Shown here: positions 30,975 through 43,693 of the stretch, piece after piece
Position numbering within the stretch: position 1 is the first letter of the stretch
Layout: the number at the start of each line of letters is the position of its first letter
Assembly: GCA_965219415.1 (NCBI GenBank)
Contig: CBDCNP010000002.1
Location: 4,288,001-4,352,000 of the forward strand
Direction: 5' to 3'
From: Candidatus Marinacidobacterales bacterium
GTDB taxonomy: Bacteria; Acidobacteriota; Vicinamibacteria; Marinacidobacterales; DATDRI01
Length of the DNA stretch: 64,000 nt
Translations under genes and position numbers: made by a program
The notes under the pieces: generated by a model
What the model saw: only the letters and a program-made list of their open reading frames with translations
Told to the model about the DNA's origin: nothing
Database searches by the model: none

Positions 30975-31812
30975 GGGTCTGTTCCTTTTTTTGGTTCGCT
31001 CCCCCGGTGATCGTAAGTGGTCATCGGGCCAGTCGGCTAGAACAACCTACGATTAACCAACGCTGAAGACCACTGCGATAGTGAACGCATCGTGACGATT
31101 GGAAGTCTTCATATGAATGCTCCTTTTTCCAGCAAGGGAGCCGATTACTCGTAGCGTGAGTGGGCTCCTTATAAGGCTCGCCGGCCCCCGGAATTGGGTG
31201 CCGGGCCAGTTGCTAGACAAACGCTGCATTTGCAGGGTTCCCCGTCTATTCCCCCCGGGAAAGGGGGTGTTTTATTCAACAGGTGACCCGACGTCGGATC
31301 AGCGTTTGTCTAGCGCTACGGAATGTAGCAGAATCGAGAGTGGAAGTTCAAGAGGGGGGTTTCAGGCGGTCAAGCCCTAATTTTCCTGTCAAATCTCCGC
31401 ATGGTTCCCGAACTCGGTTTGACCCCGCCCGGGTTTTGTGGATGACTTTGCCCAGGAAAAGTGGACAGGTTGATTATCTCGCATGAGCAGTTTTGAGGTC
31501 ATGAATCCGTTCGAACACCCCGTATGGTGTACGTCGAGCTCGACGTCGGCCTGTGGAGGATCGATGACCGGATCTGGGCGAACGCGAGGATTCGATGGGC
31601 CGCCAGCCGAAGTCAATGCCACGACGATACGAAACCCACGCGGCGGCTCGGATGGCACTCGAACGTATCTACTCAGGCAGCCGCACGATAGTAATAACGA
31701 GGTAGGCCGCCGAGTCGCTCGCGGCTGTGCCTTCTATTTATTCATCCGGCGCGCCCCGAACTTGATTGAAGCGAGTGCCTGGATGCGTATTGCGTCGTCT
31801 TCCGGGAAAAGC

Positions 31813-32043
31813 TCAATTCAGCGAGCAAGAACCCGGGCCTCGAGGGTCACCGCAAGATCCGCAGGCCCCGGGCGCCTCAGCTGCCGCCGCCCCGTTTCCA
31901 CTGCTGACCGCAAAGACTGAAAGCTGCTTTTCCAGCTTGTCGCTCTCGCAGGAAGGACAGCGCGGCGCGTCCTCGCTCGAACTCAGGACAAGCGATTCGA
32001 AACGCTTGTCGCATTTCAAGCAGGCGTATTCGAAGATCGGCAT
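31813..32043 (-). CDS. FmdB-family zinc-ribbon protein
   Basis: MPIFEYACLKC...CPSCES...LSVFA. Confidence 0.85.
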   Translation of the reverse strand: MPIFEYACLKCDKRFESLVLSSSEDAPRCPSCESDKLEKQLSVFAVSSGNGAAAAEAPGACGSCGDPRGPGSCSLN

Positions 32044-32119
32044 ACCGAGATTATAGCCCGATTGGACCGGCTAGTTAAGTTAATCGGAACGCCACAGGCT
32101 TCCGCGATTCGCCGGACCT

Positions 32120-32741
32120 CGTCGTGTCCAAAAATACAAACGAACTCAAAACCAGCTCGCCGGGACGCTTCGTATTAGAGGCGCCTAGGCTTGGTTCGCC
32201 AATGGGAGCTAGAATCCTCGGTCATGAGGACGCCGATCCAGCCCTTGACCTTGTTGGTCGTCGCCATCGCTTGTGCCTTCTATTTATTCATCCGCGCGCA
32301 CCGAACTTGATTAGTCTCCGGTCTGCCGGCACCATGCCGGCATGATTTCGTCGTTTGTTCGCGCTCTCGTCTCTGCCTTCAAGGCTCGTCGCGAGATGGC
32401 TCTCGAGAATGTCGCTCTTCGCCAGCAGCTCGCCGTCCTCCCCCGTTCGGTGAAACGGCCGCGAGTTTTGGGTGCTGTTGCGGGTGCTTCCGCCATTAAA
32501 GTGTTGGTGAGATGACGCTAAGACTTTACGCTGCATTAAATTACAGCCAAAATAGCTCTCACGACCTTCGCCGCGCACTAAATGGAGCGTAAGCACTTTT
32601 TTTGCAAAGGGATACGTACACATCACCAACAGCAAACAGCGCAAGCACCTCAGTCCGAGCGCAAGGTGCGCTACCGTGGACGGCTTGGCGGGTTGCTACG
32701 TTTCTACCATCGAGAAGCCGCATGAGTGTTTTGACCTCACG
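32120..32741. mobile_element. Nested ends: C, E, 166-bp IS1 MITE (32483-32649), lineage H end
   Basis: Each segment matches copies elsewhere. The H end TTTTGACCTCACG also ends at 51170, 54229 and 62990. Confidence 0.8.
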
Positions 32742-33243
32742 GGGTCGATACTGCAGGTCGCCACCACGGGGCGCACCCTCAAAACGTCCTACATGAAGAC
32801 GACCAAAGCATCCGGGTTGCAGGCAGTTCGCCAAGTTCATGTAGCTCGAGTTTATGGAAGGGACAACCTCTCGGCTATCGAATCCAGTGAACTTGCCGCA
32901 GATCATCAAGGAGCCACGAGTATGTCAATTTTTCAGCTGCGTCTAAGTCGAATACGTCCAGCACAGAAGACCTGAAGCTGTCGATCTGCCGATTCTCAAG
33001 TCTGTCGTTGACGTGATCGAAGAAGGTCTTCCACGCGCTCTCATTCCCCAGTTGTAGATTTACTGTGAAGTCAGGGCCACTTAGATTCGGCTCTCGGTAA
33101 TAACAAATACAAGGCCCCCTATGCCACACCTTAGGTTCTGTCGCAGTCCTGACCATGCCAATCAACTTGAACGGACGTTTGGATTCGAGCCGTAAGTCGC
33201 CGCAAAAACGGGGAAACCAGCGATCGACCACCTCAAAGTACGC

Positions 33244-34528
33244 TGTCCATCATCATTATTTGTCCGGGACTGGACTCTAGGCCCGGACTGCCCTTGAGCA
33301 CATGCTGGAGAGCGTGGTCAGCGCACGAGGGAAGGTGCTGAGGACGAACTTCTCGGCGACCAGCCGAGTAACGCGAGCGACCAAGCTGACTCAGGCTGCC
33401 TCTCGCCACTCGTATCGATGGTGCAATCCACCGACTCGCGGCAGTGCGACGACTTTCGCCGTAGGAGACGGTCGGTGCGTGACCGCTTTCAAGCTCAGTG
33501 TGTCCTTGTTCGGCCCCAAGTGGCAACGGTCCTCGTGATAGTAGCTGATGTAAGCTCGCACGAGCCGGATGAGATGACATGCGCCGAGAACCACGACGTG
33601 CTCAAGGAGCTCGCGACGGCAGCTGCCGACCCACCGCTCCGCGGTTCCGTTTTGCCATGGGCCGCGAAACGAAGTGCGAACGGGTTTTGTGCCCGTTGCT
33701 TTGATGAACTCGATGACCGTAGCGTTAAAGATGAAGTCGCGATCGAAGATGAGATATTTCGGAGCGGTGTCGTAGGGAAACGCCTCACGCAATTGCTGAA
33801 CAACCCAAGCAGACGTCGGGTGGAACGTGGCGTTGAAGTGAACGATGTGCCGACGGCCGTGCTCGATGACGAAGAAGCCGTACAGCAGCCGGAGCGACGC
33901 GGTGGGCACGGTGAACAGATCCATGGCGGCGATATCGTCTTTATGGTTGCACAAGAAAGCCATCCATCGCTTCAGCTGGTCGGGCTCCGCGGGGTGCCGC
34001 GGCAGGTATCGCGACACCGTAATCTCGGAGATGATGAAACCGAGCTTGGTGAGCTCAGCATGGATGCGTGGCGCCCCCCAGCCGTCTTGCGCCATCGTGC
34101 GGACGAGGCGACGAATCTCGGCATCAATCCGAGGCCGACCGGGATGGCGGCGCTGCGAGATCTTTGCCCAGTACCGTCGGAATCGGTCGCGATGCCAACG
34201 GGCTACGGTGTCCGCGTGGACGATGAGCAGGCGGCTCGCCCACACGGGCCACGAACCTCGAAGGGCAACCCAGAAAGCTCGTTCCGTGTCGTCGAGCGGT
34301 GGGCGTGGGCGCTCTTTCTTCAGCGCCGTCACTTGCTGCCGCAAAGCGACGTTCTCCAACACCAGATCGGCGCGGCGCCGACACATCGCCCGAATGGCAC
34401 GGACGCCAAGTGAGACGAGGAAGACAACAACGTTGAGCATAGCGGCGGAGTTTCGCCGTCTTCGGCCCGGAATTCAAGCGGAGCGTAAGTCCTTGATTTC
34501 GTGGGCGGAGCAGTTTTGACGATGCACA
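33244..34528 (-). mobile_element. rve/DDE IS lineage D copy 2
   Basis: Same termini as copy 1. Confidence 0.88.
33391..34440 (-). CDS. Integrase-core (rve) DDE transposase, 349 aa
   Basis: Near-identical to 22638..23687. Confidence 0.9.
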   Translation of the reverse strand: MLNVVVFLVSLGVRAIRAMCRRRADLVLENVALRQQVTALKKERPRPPLDDTERAFWVALRGSWPVWASRLLIVHADTVARWHRDRFRRYWAKISQRRHPGRPRIDAEIRRLVRTMAQDGWGAPRIHAELTKLGFIISEITVSRYLPRHPAEPDQLKRWMAFLCNHKDDIAAMDLFTVPTASLRLLYGFFVIEHGRRHIVHFNATFHPTSAWVVQQLREAFPYDTAPKYLIFDRDFIFNATVIEFIKATGTKPVRTSFRGPWQNGTAERWVGSCRRELLEHVVVLGACHLIRLVRAYISYYHEDRCHLGPNKDTLSLKAVTHRPSPTAKVVALPRVGGLHHRYEWREAA

Positions 34529-35538
34529 ACATGCTGGAGAGCGTGGTCAGGGCGAGAGGGAAGGTGCTGAGGACGAACTTCCCGGCGACCGGCCGAGTAA
34601 CGCGAGCGACCAAGCTGACTCAGGCTGCCTCTCGCCACTCGTATCGATGGTGCAGTCCACCGACTTGCGGCAGTGCGACTACTTTCGCCGTAGGAGACGG
34701 TCGGTGCGTGACCGTTCTCAAGCTCGGTGTGTCCTTGTTCAGCCCCAAGTGGCAACGGTCCTCGTGATAGTAGCTGATGTAAGCTCGCACGAGCCGGATG
34801 AGATGACATGCGCCGAGAACCACGACGTGCTCAAGGAACTCGCGACGGCAGCTGCCGACCCACCGCTCCGCAGTTCCGTTTTGCCATGGGCTGCGAAACG
34901 AAGTGCGAACGGGTTTTGTGCCCGTTGCTTTGATGAACTCGATGATCGCAGCGCTAAAGATGAAGTCGCGATCGAAGATAAGATATCTCGGAGCGGTGTC
35001 GTAGGGAAACGCCTCACGCAGTTGCTGAATAACCCAAGCAGACGTCGGGTGGAACGTGGCGTTGAGCGGAGTTTCGCCGTCTTCGGCCCGGAATTCAAGC
35101 GGAGCGTAAGTCCTTGATTTCGTGGGCGGAGCAGTTTTGACGATGCACAGGGTCGGCAGCTGCCGTCGCGAGCTCCTTGAGCACGTCGTGGTTCTCGGTG
35201 CATGTCATCTCATCCGGCTCGTGCGAGCTTACATCAGCTACTATCATGAGGACCGTTGCCACTTGGGGCTGAACAAGGACACACCGAGCTTGAGAACGGT
35301 CACGCACCGACCGTCTCCTACGGCGAAAGTAGTCGCACTGCCGCGAGTCGGTGGACTGCACCATCGATACGAGTGGCGAGAGGCAGCCTGAGTCAGCTTG
35401 GTCGCTCGCGTTACTCGGCTGGTCGCCGAGAAGTTCGTCCTCAGCACCTTCCCTCGCGCGCTGACCACGCTCTCCAGCATGTGCTCGAGGGCGGTCCGGG
35501 CCTAGAGTCCAGTCCCGGACTAATAATGATGATGGACA
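34529..35538. mobile_element. Two further partial lineage D copies (34529-35149 minus, internally deleted; 35150-35538 plus)
   Basis: Direct sequence match to lineage D; termini at 35149 and 35538. Confidence 0.85.
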
Positions 35539-35554
35539 ACCTCCTGCATCATCC

Positions 35555-35747
35555 ACTCCCCGACGATTGGGAGAAACAGCGCGCCCTCATCGCAACGTTT
35601 TAAGGTAGACCACGCTGTAAGCGAACCCGCGGCGGCTGTCACACTCGCTCTTGGTCTCCATCAGTCGGCGAACGGCATCGCCCCCCTCACTAATGATGAC
35701 ATCGGCGGCGTGCGGGTTTTGAGTTCGTTTGTGTTTTTGGACACGAC
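35555..35747. repeat. ~190-bp repeat ending in a lineage C terminus
   Basis: Homologous to about 49010-49201. Confidence 0.7.
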
Positions 35748-36546
35748 GGCGTTTTCCCATTAGCTGAGCGATTAACGCTCGATTCAGCCCCGAAATGCCC
35801 TCCAATTGCATTTTTATGACCTGTTTTGCACCGTTACTGCTTGTTTGCTGCCAAGACCCGAATAGCTCCACTTGCCCCCACTTAAGCCTTACGACTGCGA
35901 TAGTCGGAAAGGTGTTCCCGTCAACGACGCGTCCATCGATGAGGCGTAAGAGCTTTTCACTACAATGATTTACGAGCGGAGCCTCCGTCGGAGGGTTTAC
36001 AACACGGTCCTCTTACAGGCGTCAAGGAGGTTGAGATTGCCGCCTAGAAAATCGGATTTAATGTCAATTCGCAAATAAACTCGAACGACCCCCCGTCGAT
36101 GAGGCGTGCGGGGACCAGCACGTGACGGATAGCTTTAAATCACTGCAGGACAATAGGATAGAACGACGTGGGCACCAGGGCTTCTCTGAGTTTTCGCTAC
36201 ATTGCCCCACCACGCGCGCGGCGAAAGGGGCACCTCAGACTTGAAAAACTCTATAAATACCTTTTACCGAGACCGGATAGCTCCGAACTGCACCATCCGC
36301 CAACTAGTCTGGCCAATTGTGGCCCCGCAGAGATGGGTGGGATTTTCCGCGCGGTTTGCGGGGTTTTCCAGGATTAGGTGGCACCAGAGACGCGCTAGAA
36401 GGGCTGAACGGGCCTCATTTTCGGATTTGGTCTCTAATCTCGATTTCCGAGGGACAAGTTTGCACAAAAGGGGGGAGCGGGTCGCTGACAGGGCCGTGCA
36501 GCGTCGGAAAAGAGGCCGCCCGAGGGGTCCAGAATCAAGGCCAGGG

Positions 36547-37875
<1,329 letters not shown>

Positions 37876-37926
37876 CTCGAGCTCGCTGTGAACTAACGTT
37901 CAACTCGTTCCGGCAACCCGAGAGCG

Positions 37927-38735
37927 TTGACGGGGGCCAGAGATGGTACGGCTTTTGGGGACGAGCAACGAGATCTCGGCCCAGTGGCTCGAGCAGCGCC
38001 GCCGTCTGGAAAACGAAGCCGGTGCTCCGAACGATCTATTGCGATTTCTATCGCCGTGTCGGCGAGTGGCTCACTCACGGCCCGACGATCGAGCTCGGAT
38101 GTAGCTCGGGAAACTTCAAGGCATTCCTTCCTGGATGCATGGTAGTTGATGTTCTCCGCGCTCCCTGGCTAAACGTCGTGGCCGACGCCCACGAGCTGCC
38201 CTTTGCCGACTCGAGCGTGTCGAACATCGTTCTCATCGACGTGATCCACCATCTGGCAGAACCGCGTCGGTTTCTGGAGGAAGCTGAACGGGTGATCGAG
38301 GAGACTGAACGGGTGATCACGGAAGGCTCTTGCTGGTCGAACCCGCGATAACACCACTCAGCTGGTTGTTCTACCGCTTCTTCCATCCCGAGCGCGTGGA
38401 CCTTTCCGCCGATCCGTTTACGGAGGCCGACGAAGAGACCAAGAAAGACCCCTACGACGGTAACCAGGCCATACCTACGTCGCTGTTCGGCAACAGGCAC
38501 GATCGCCTCGATGCCGAAATGCCGTTTCTGAAGGTCCAGTACAAGAACCTTCTGAGCCTTTTCGCTTATCCTCTGTCCGGAGGTTTTCGCCCCTGGAGCC
38601 TGGTGCCGCAGGCCGTCACCCCACCTCTCCTGCGGATCGAGGAGCGCTTGTTGCCCGCGCTCGATAAAGTGGATGGCGTTTCGCATGTTCGTGGTGCTTG
38701 AGCGCGTCGCCCCACAGGAGACTGCGGATCTGTGA
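37927..38735 (+). pseudogene. Class I SAM methyltransferase, frameshifted
   Basis: IELGCSSG, DAHELPF and DVIHHL in one frame; VEPAITPLS...YPLSGGF in another; 21-bp tandem duplication at 38277-38318. Confidence 0.75.
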
Positions 38736-39604
38736 TCATCAAGGCCTCGACCAAGATCGCTGTCGCGTCCGTGCTCTGCCGGTACCTGCTCTCTTTGCGC
38801 TGGCTCGCGGGACTCGGCCCAGAGGTCGATGTCACGAGAGACGGGATCCGCTGGCATTTGGACCTCACAGAAGGTATCGACCTCGCTATCTATCTTGTCG
38901 GGCGGTTCGAGCCTCGCACCGTTCACGTCTTCCGCTGCTTGATCCGAGAGGGAGACGTGGTGATCAACATTGGCGCCAACATCAGCGCGAATACCATGGA
39001 GTTAGCCCGTTGCGTCGGACCCAGGGGTCGCGTCATCGCATTCGAGCCTACGCTTTTTGCCCTGGAACGGTTGAAGCAAAATCTCGAGTCGAACCCCGAA
39101 CTTTCGCGAAGTGTCACACCCGAGCAGGCGGCTCTGGGAGACGACAGTGCTAACAGCAAGACGTCGGCGTTCTACTCCAGTTGGCCGCTTCTGGGTCACA
39201 CCCACAATGGCGTCCATGAAAGGCACAGGGGCCGCCTGAAGAGCGCGGTATCCGCCTCCCATTGGACGCTGGACCACTACCTGAAAGACAAGGGCATCCG
39301 GTCCATCCGGCTGATCAAGCTCGACATCGACGGCAACGAATGGTCCGTTCTCAATGGAGCGAAAGGCACGATCGAGAAGATCCGGCCATCCATCGTCATG
39401 GAGATCACTCCTTACGTTCTCGACGAAAAGGACGGTGCTCTCGAAGGCGTCGTGAGCCTCTTGCGGGAGGCGCGCTACGATTTGACGGATATCAGCTCCG
39501 GGAAAAAAACTTCCCGTCTCCGCCGATGCGCTCAGAGCCGCCATCCCCGACGGCGCCAGCGTCAATGTCCTGGCTCAGGTCGATGCATCACGACGCTCGA
39601 GTAG
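38732..39604 (+). CDS. FkbM-family methyltransferase (C-terminus probably frameshifted at the A-run near 39503)
   Basis: IGANI, AFEP, ALGD, TLD, IKLDIDGNE. Confidence 0.8.
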   Translation: MIIKASTKIAVASVLCRYLLSLRWLAGLGPEVDVTRDGIRWHLDLTEGIDLAIYLVGRFEPRTVHVFRCLIREGDVVINIGANISANTMELARCVGPRGRVIAFEPTLFALERLKQNLESNPELSRSVTPEQAALGDDSANSKTSAFYSSWPLLGHTHNGVHERHRGRLKSAVSASHWTLDHYLKDKGIRSIRLIKLDIDGNEWSVLNGAKGTIEKIRPSIVMEITPYVLDEKDGALEGVVSLLREARYDLTDISSGKKTSRLRRCAQSRHPRRRQRQCPGSGRCITTLE

Positions 39605-39616
39605 CTGAGGATCGCG

Positions 39617-41071
39617 CTACACGAACTTGATCAGTCTCGCCGCGAAGACGGCCATCTTGAGCAGCAACCATCCGTGTTTCCAGCGGTGGATGTTGGTGCT
39701 GCCGTAAGTTCTCTCGCGATAACGGATGGGCATCTCCGTGATCTGCAAGTTCAGCTTCGCGGCGCCAAAAAGAAGATCGAAATCCCCGAACGGATCGAAT
39801 TCCCCGAAGTAGTCACGATTCTCTTCGATCTTCCGATAATCTTCCCGTCGCAGCACTTTGGTCCCACAGAGCGTATCTTTGATGTGCTGGCCCAGGATCC
39901 ATGAGAACACGAAGCTGAAAAACTTATTCCCAAGGAGATTGAAGAACCGCATAGCCTGATTCTCCATGGGATACACGAGTCGCACTCCGTTAATGAACTC
40001 CCCCCGTCCCGAAACGAGCGCGTCATAGAACGATCGAAGACCTTCGGCTGGCACCGTCAGGTCCGCGTCGAAGATCATCAGGATATCGCCGCGTGCTCTG
40101 GAAAAGCCGAGACGCACAGCGTCGTTTTTGCCTTGTCCAGACTGTCGAAGGAGCTGAACCGTTCGATCCGGAAACACCTTCATCTCTCTCTCTATGACCT
40201 CATAAGTGCCGTCGGTGGAGCCGCCTTCCACAAACAAGATCTCCGTCCCGCTTCCGAGCTCCGGCACTTGCTCCAGAATTTCTCGAATGTTCCCAGCTTC
40301 GTTCCTCGCCGGAACAACCACGGACACGCTCGCATTCTCGACCGCCTCCCGTGGGCGTGCCGCCGGCCGCGCTACGACAAAATTGGTCAGTGCGCCGAGC
40401 TTGAAGGGCCAGAGCTTCACAAGGACCTTGTTACAGAGTCCGCTCCAAAACGGTGCTGGCAGTGGCCACAGCACCTCGGGCCAGCTCCGGAGCGCCTCGA
40501 ACCCCGATACCCGCAGGAAATTGAGCATGTCTTCCGTCGTGACCCAACTCTGCGCCGGAGTGGGCCTCACGAGCGACAACCGACGCGCGGACACGAGCAC
40601 CGGCTGCCATAGGCGACTGTAGAAGTTGAAGATCACTCGGGTACGCGGATGGCACCACTCTTGACAACGTTCGAGTACGGCTCGAATATCCCAGAGATCG
40701 TTGACGACATCGGACAGAATGATGAAGTCGAACGTTTCATCAAACTCGACATCTTCGATGCTGTTTTCAACGAAACGAAGAGCAGGATGCCGGGCTCGAG
40801 CCACATCGAGCATGTTCCCGGCGAAGTCCACTCCGAGCCCGTTCGCCGGAGCGAGCGCCGCCAGAAGGTCGCCGCGTCCACAACCGAGCTCCAGCACGCT
40901 TGTCCCGGGGCTGACGACAAACCGATAAATCTCGGCCAGCCGCCGGTGGTAGGCGTCGCCCCATCCTTTCGAGACCGCCGCCTGGTTCCATATTCGACGG
41001 TGCTCTTCGATGAAACTCTCCCGTGCGGAAGGCGTCTCATCAACCCCCACCGAATTCAACTGAGCTGCCAT
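39617..41071 (-). CDS. Methyltransferase-GT2 glycosyltransferase fusion
   Basis: LELGCGRG; VVVPARNE, DAD, DTLCGTK, DPFGDFDLLFGA; GGAGG RBS before the ATG at 41071. Confidence 0.9.
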   Translation of the reverse strand: MAAQLNSVGVDETPSARESFIEEHRRIWNQAAVSKGWGDAYHRRLAEIYRFVVSPGTSVLELGCGRGDLLAALAPANGLGVDFAGNMLDVARARHPALRFVENSIEDVEFDETFDFIILSDVVNDLWDIRAVLERCQEWCHPRTRVIFNFYSRLWQPVLVSARRLSLVRPTPAQSWVTTEDMLNFLRVSGFEALRSWPEVLWPLPAPFWSGLCNKVLVKLWPFKLGALTNFVVARPAARPREAVENASVSVVVPARNEAGNIREILEQVPELGSGTEILFVEGGSTDGTYEVIEREMKVFPDRTVQLLRQSGQGKNDAVRLGFSRARGDILMIFDADLTVPAEGLRSFYDALVSGRGEFINGVRLVYPMENQAMRFFNLLGNKFFSFVFSWILGQHIKDTLCGTKVLRREDYRKIEENRDYFGEFDPFGDFDLLFGAAKLNLQITEMPIRYRERTYGSTNIHRWKHGWLLLKMAVFAARLIKFV

Positions 41072-41354
41072 GCCCTCCCCTCGAGACGAAACCGGCGCGC
41101 CGTCACATCCGATCGCTACGAACACTAATGCACGCTCGCGATGAAATCCATCCTCGCTAGGGCGAACCGACAGATGGACCGAAGGCGCTACTCTTGGACC
41201 AAAGTCTTGAAGCAGGACTTTTTTCTTCCCGACTCCGGATAGCGAAACGTCTCTCGTCAGGTGACGAATTACTCGGCTCGCAAAGTCGACGATATGATGC
41301 TGAGACGTGCCATATCGACGACGACGCATCGCCTGGCTTCTTTAGGCCGACACT

Positions 41355-43613
41355 TCAAGGAGCGGGTAGCAGCTCGATCTCTGGAAGAATCCACGGGTGC
41401 AGAACGTAGTGCAGACCGTCGTCGTTCACGCCCTGACCTATCCTGACGAGCAGCACGGTGACCTCGACCGGCTCGAAGCTGTAGTCCATCGAGGCGCGCT
41501 CGGGCGATCCTAGCAGATCACCGAGGTACTCTACGCTGTCGAGGTCATTCCAATCGGCGAGACGCCACCGCCTGCCGCGCGTCTCCGTGATCAACTCGAG
41601 CCGGCGGGGATACTCGTGAGAGTAGCGTCCCGTGACGATCGAGACGCCTCTCAGGCGTACCGGCCGGGAAAGCCGCAGCCGGACGAGATCACCACTCGTC
41701 TGGAAGATCCTGGTAGTGAAGTAGGTGTCGAGCCTCCCGTCGAAGGCCGCCTCGCAGCCGCTGTGGCGGCTCAGCGTCTCGCATCGCCACCCGTACCGGT
41801 CCAGTTCCAGTCGCGGCCAATCGTCCGTCTCGACCTTGACTGAGGGCGGCTCCTCGGGCAGGACGCGGTAGACGCGTTCGCCACCCAAAGTGCCGAGGTC
41901 AGCGTCGAACACTCCTCGGTCGCCGAACTCCTTCATCAACTCAAGATTCCCGCTGTAGGCAGCCTGCCTGCGCTCGAAGCGTTTCGCTGCATGCCTCGCC
42001 TCCGGGAAACGACCGTAGTCGGGGTGAAAGACCACGTAGCGTACTCCCAGAGCTCGGACAAGCCGCAACGAGTCGATGTTGGGGAACATCGTAACGAGCT
42101 GATCCAGAACGAAGTAGTGAGCCAATGGGTAGTTTGTGCCATAACCGTTGACTATAGGTAGCCAGTGGCGCGCCGACTGAAGCACCCAGAGCGACTCCCA
42201 GTGTCGTCCGCGGCTTGGGTTCATAGGGTATTCGAGGATCGGCGTGCCGGCCGGCAACGATTCGAGCCAGTTGTAGACCTCGGGTTCACTGGAACCGACC
42301 GGCAGCCGATAGGTCGGGAGGGGCGTCGACAGGTGCTCGATGGGCAACGCGAAGACGAGCACGCCGAGCGGCAACCAGGGGCGGGTCAGAGCGAGGTGCC
42401 GCGTCAGGAGCTGGGCGCCGAGGCCGGCGAATACAGCGACCGAAAGGCGGACGAACATCGAGAAGCGAGATGGAACGCGTGTCTGGTCGTAGCCCGGCAC
42501 GTGCTCATGCAGCCAGGCGTAAGGACCCGGCAGGTCTCCGCCTCCTGGGATCGGGAGGAACTTGCCGCAACCGAGCAGAAAGGCCAGCGCCCCGAACGCA
42601 GCAAGGAACGCCAGCCATCGGTAGCGATCCTTCGGGCCGAACGAGCCACTTCTTCTCGACCCCGCCACGACCAGTCCGAGCCCCGCCAACGAGAGTGTGA
42701 CGAAGCCGAGGAAGTACCGGTCGTCGTACCCTGTGTGTTCGAGCCCGATTCGACCTCCGTAGAGCCAGTTTCCGGAGAGCACGTTCCAGTAGCTCGTCTG
42801 GGGTAGCGCGCCGACACGGAGCGGCTTCTCGGTTCGCACGCTCTGGAGATGCTCCCATTGCGCGGTGTAAAGGGGGACAAGCAGGAGCAATGCGACAACG
42901 AGGGCGAGGGCTACCCCGCGCCATCGCCTACTCCACAGCTCACGGTCGCCCCGGACCAGCAGCAGTGTCGGAGCGAGAACGACGAGCAACGTAGCAAGGT
43001 ACAAGGTGTAGTAGTGGCAGCTCAGTCCCTGCATCACAGCGGCGGCACTCATACCGAGAGCGTCTCGCGTGCGCCCCTGGCGCCAAAGGCGGACGAGAAA
43101 GAATAGCAGCAGAGGCGTCCACTGGCCCGAGACGATCTGGAGCCGCGCCGCCGAGTCGTAATTCGCTGTCGTGAAGGCGAACACGACACCCGCGATCGTC
43201 GCCGCCGCCAGGGACCCGAGCACCTCGCGCACGAGCAGAAACATGCTCAGTGCCGACAACACAAGGGTCAGCACGAAGGTGAGGTTGTAGGTGGCGGCCA
43301 CATCGCCGGTGACCATCCAGATCGGCCAGGCGAGGAAACCCACGCCGATCGTCGGCTCGCTATAGAGAAGCGCCGCGCGATCGGGATGGGAGATGTTGGC
43401 AGCGAACAGGGTGGACGGCGTCGCTGGCAAAGCCCGTGCGACCCAACTGGTCGTCCACGCATTCAACAAGCTGTTGTTGCTGCCCGGCAGCACTTCGGAC
43501 GGAGTCGTGGCGAGCGGATGGCTCGTAGCTACGGCGAGCACGACGTAGACCGCCAGCGCTGTCGCGATCGGATGCCGGCGCAGCGTGTCGAGCGTCTTGC
43601 TGTTAGCGATCAC
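41355..43613 (-). CDS. Multi-TM GT-C-like membrane protein with C-terminal discoidin-like domain
   Basis: Many hydrophobic segments; RVPSRF, IVNGYG; AFDGRLDT...YPR. Confidence 0.7.
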   Translation of the reverse strand: MIANSKTLDTLRRHPIATALAVYVVLAVATSHPLATTPSEVLPGSNNSLLNAWTTSWVARALPATPSTLFAANISHPDRAALLYSEPTIGVGFLAWPIWMVTGDVAATYNLTFVLTLVLSALSMFLLVREVLGSLAAATIAGVVFAFTTANYDSAARLQIVSGQWTPLLLFFLVRLWRQGRTRDALGMSAAAVMQGLSCHYYTLYLATLLVVLAPTLLLVRGDRELWSRRWRGVALALVVALLLLVPLYTAQWEHLQSVRTEKPLRVGALPQTSYWNVLSGNWLYGGRIGLEHTGYDDRYFLGFVTLSLAGLGLVVAGSRRSGSFGPKDRYRWLAFLAAFGALAFLLGCGKFLPIPGGGDLPGPYAWLHEHVPGYDQTRVPSRFSMFVRLSVAVFAGLGAQLLTRHLALTRPWLPLGVLVFALPIEHLSTPLPTYRLPVGSSEPEVYNWLESLPAGTPILEYPMNPSRGRHWESLWVLQSARHWLPIVNGYGTNYPLAHYFVLDQLVTMFPNIDSLRLVRALGVRYVVFHPDYGRFPEARHAAKRFERRQAAYSGNLELMKEFGDRGVFDADLGTLGGERVYRVLPEEPPSVKVETDDWPRLELDRYGWRCETLSRHSGCEAAFDGRLDTYFTTRIFQTSGDLVRLRLSRPVRLRGVSIVTGRYSHEYPRRLELITETRGRRWRLADWNDLDSVEYLGDLLGSPERASMDYSFEPVEVTVLLVRIGQGVNDDGLHYVLHPWILPEIELLPAP

Positions 43614-43693
43614 CCAGCCTCAATCTCCACGAGCAGTATCATAGTCTCAATCGGTCCCACGATGTTTGCATCACAGCGCACCGCGTCCTGTGC

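Noticed and set aside
35880-36540. Short inverted repeats and a repeated TCGATGAGGCGT in the long intergenic region
   Set aside because: Only two copies of a 12-mer and no recognisable RNA or origin structure.
41072-41329. 86-aa N-terminal extension of the methyltransferase-GT2 ORF (similar cases at 61974-62309 and 27695-27742)
   Set aside because: Better-placed internal ATGs exist; the extensions overlap intergenic DNA, another gene or a MITE.
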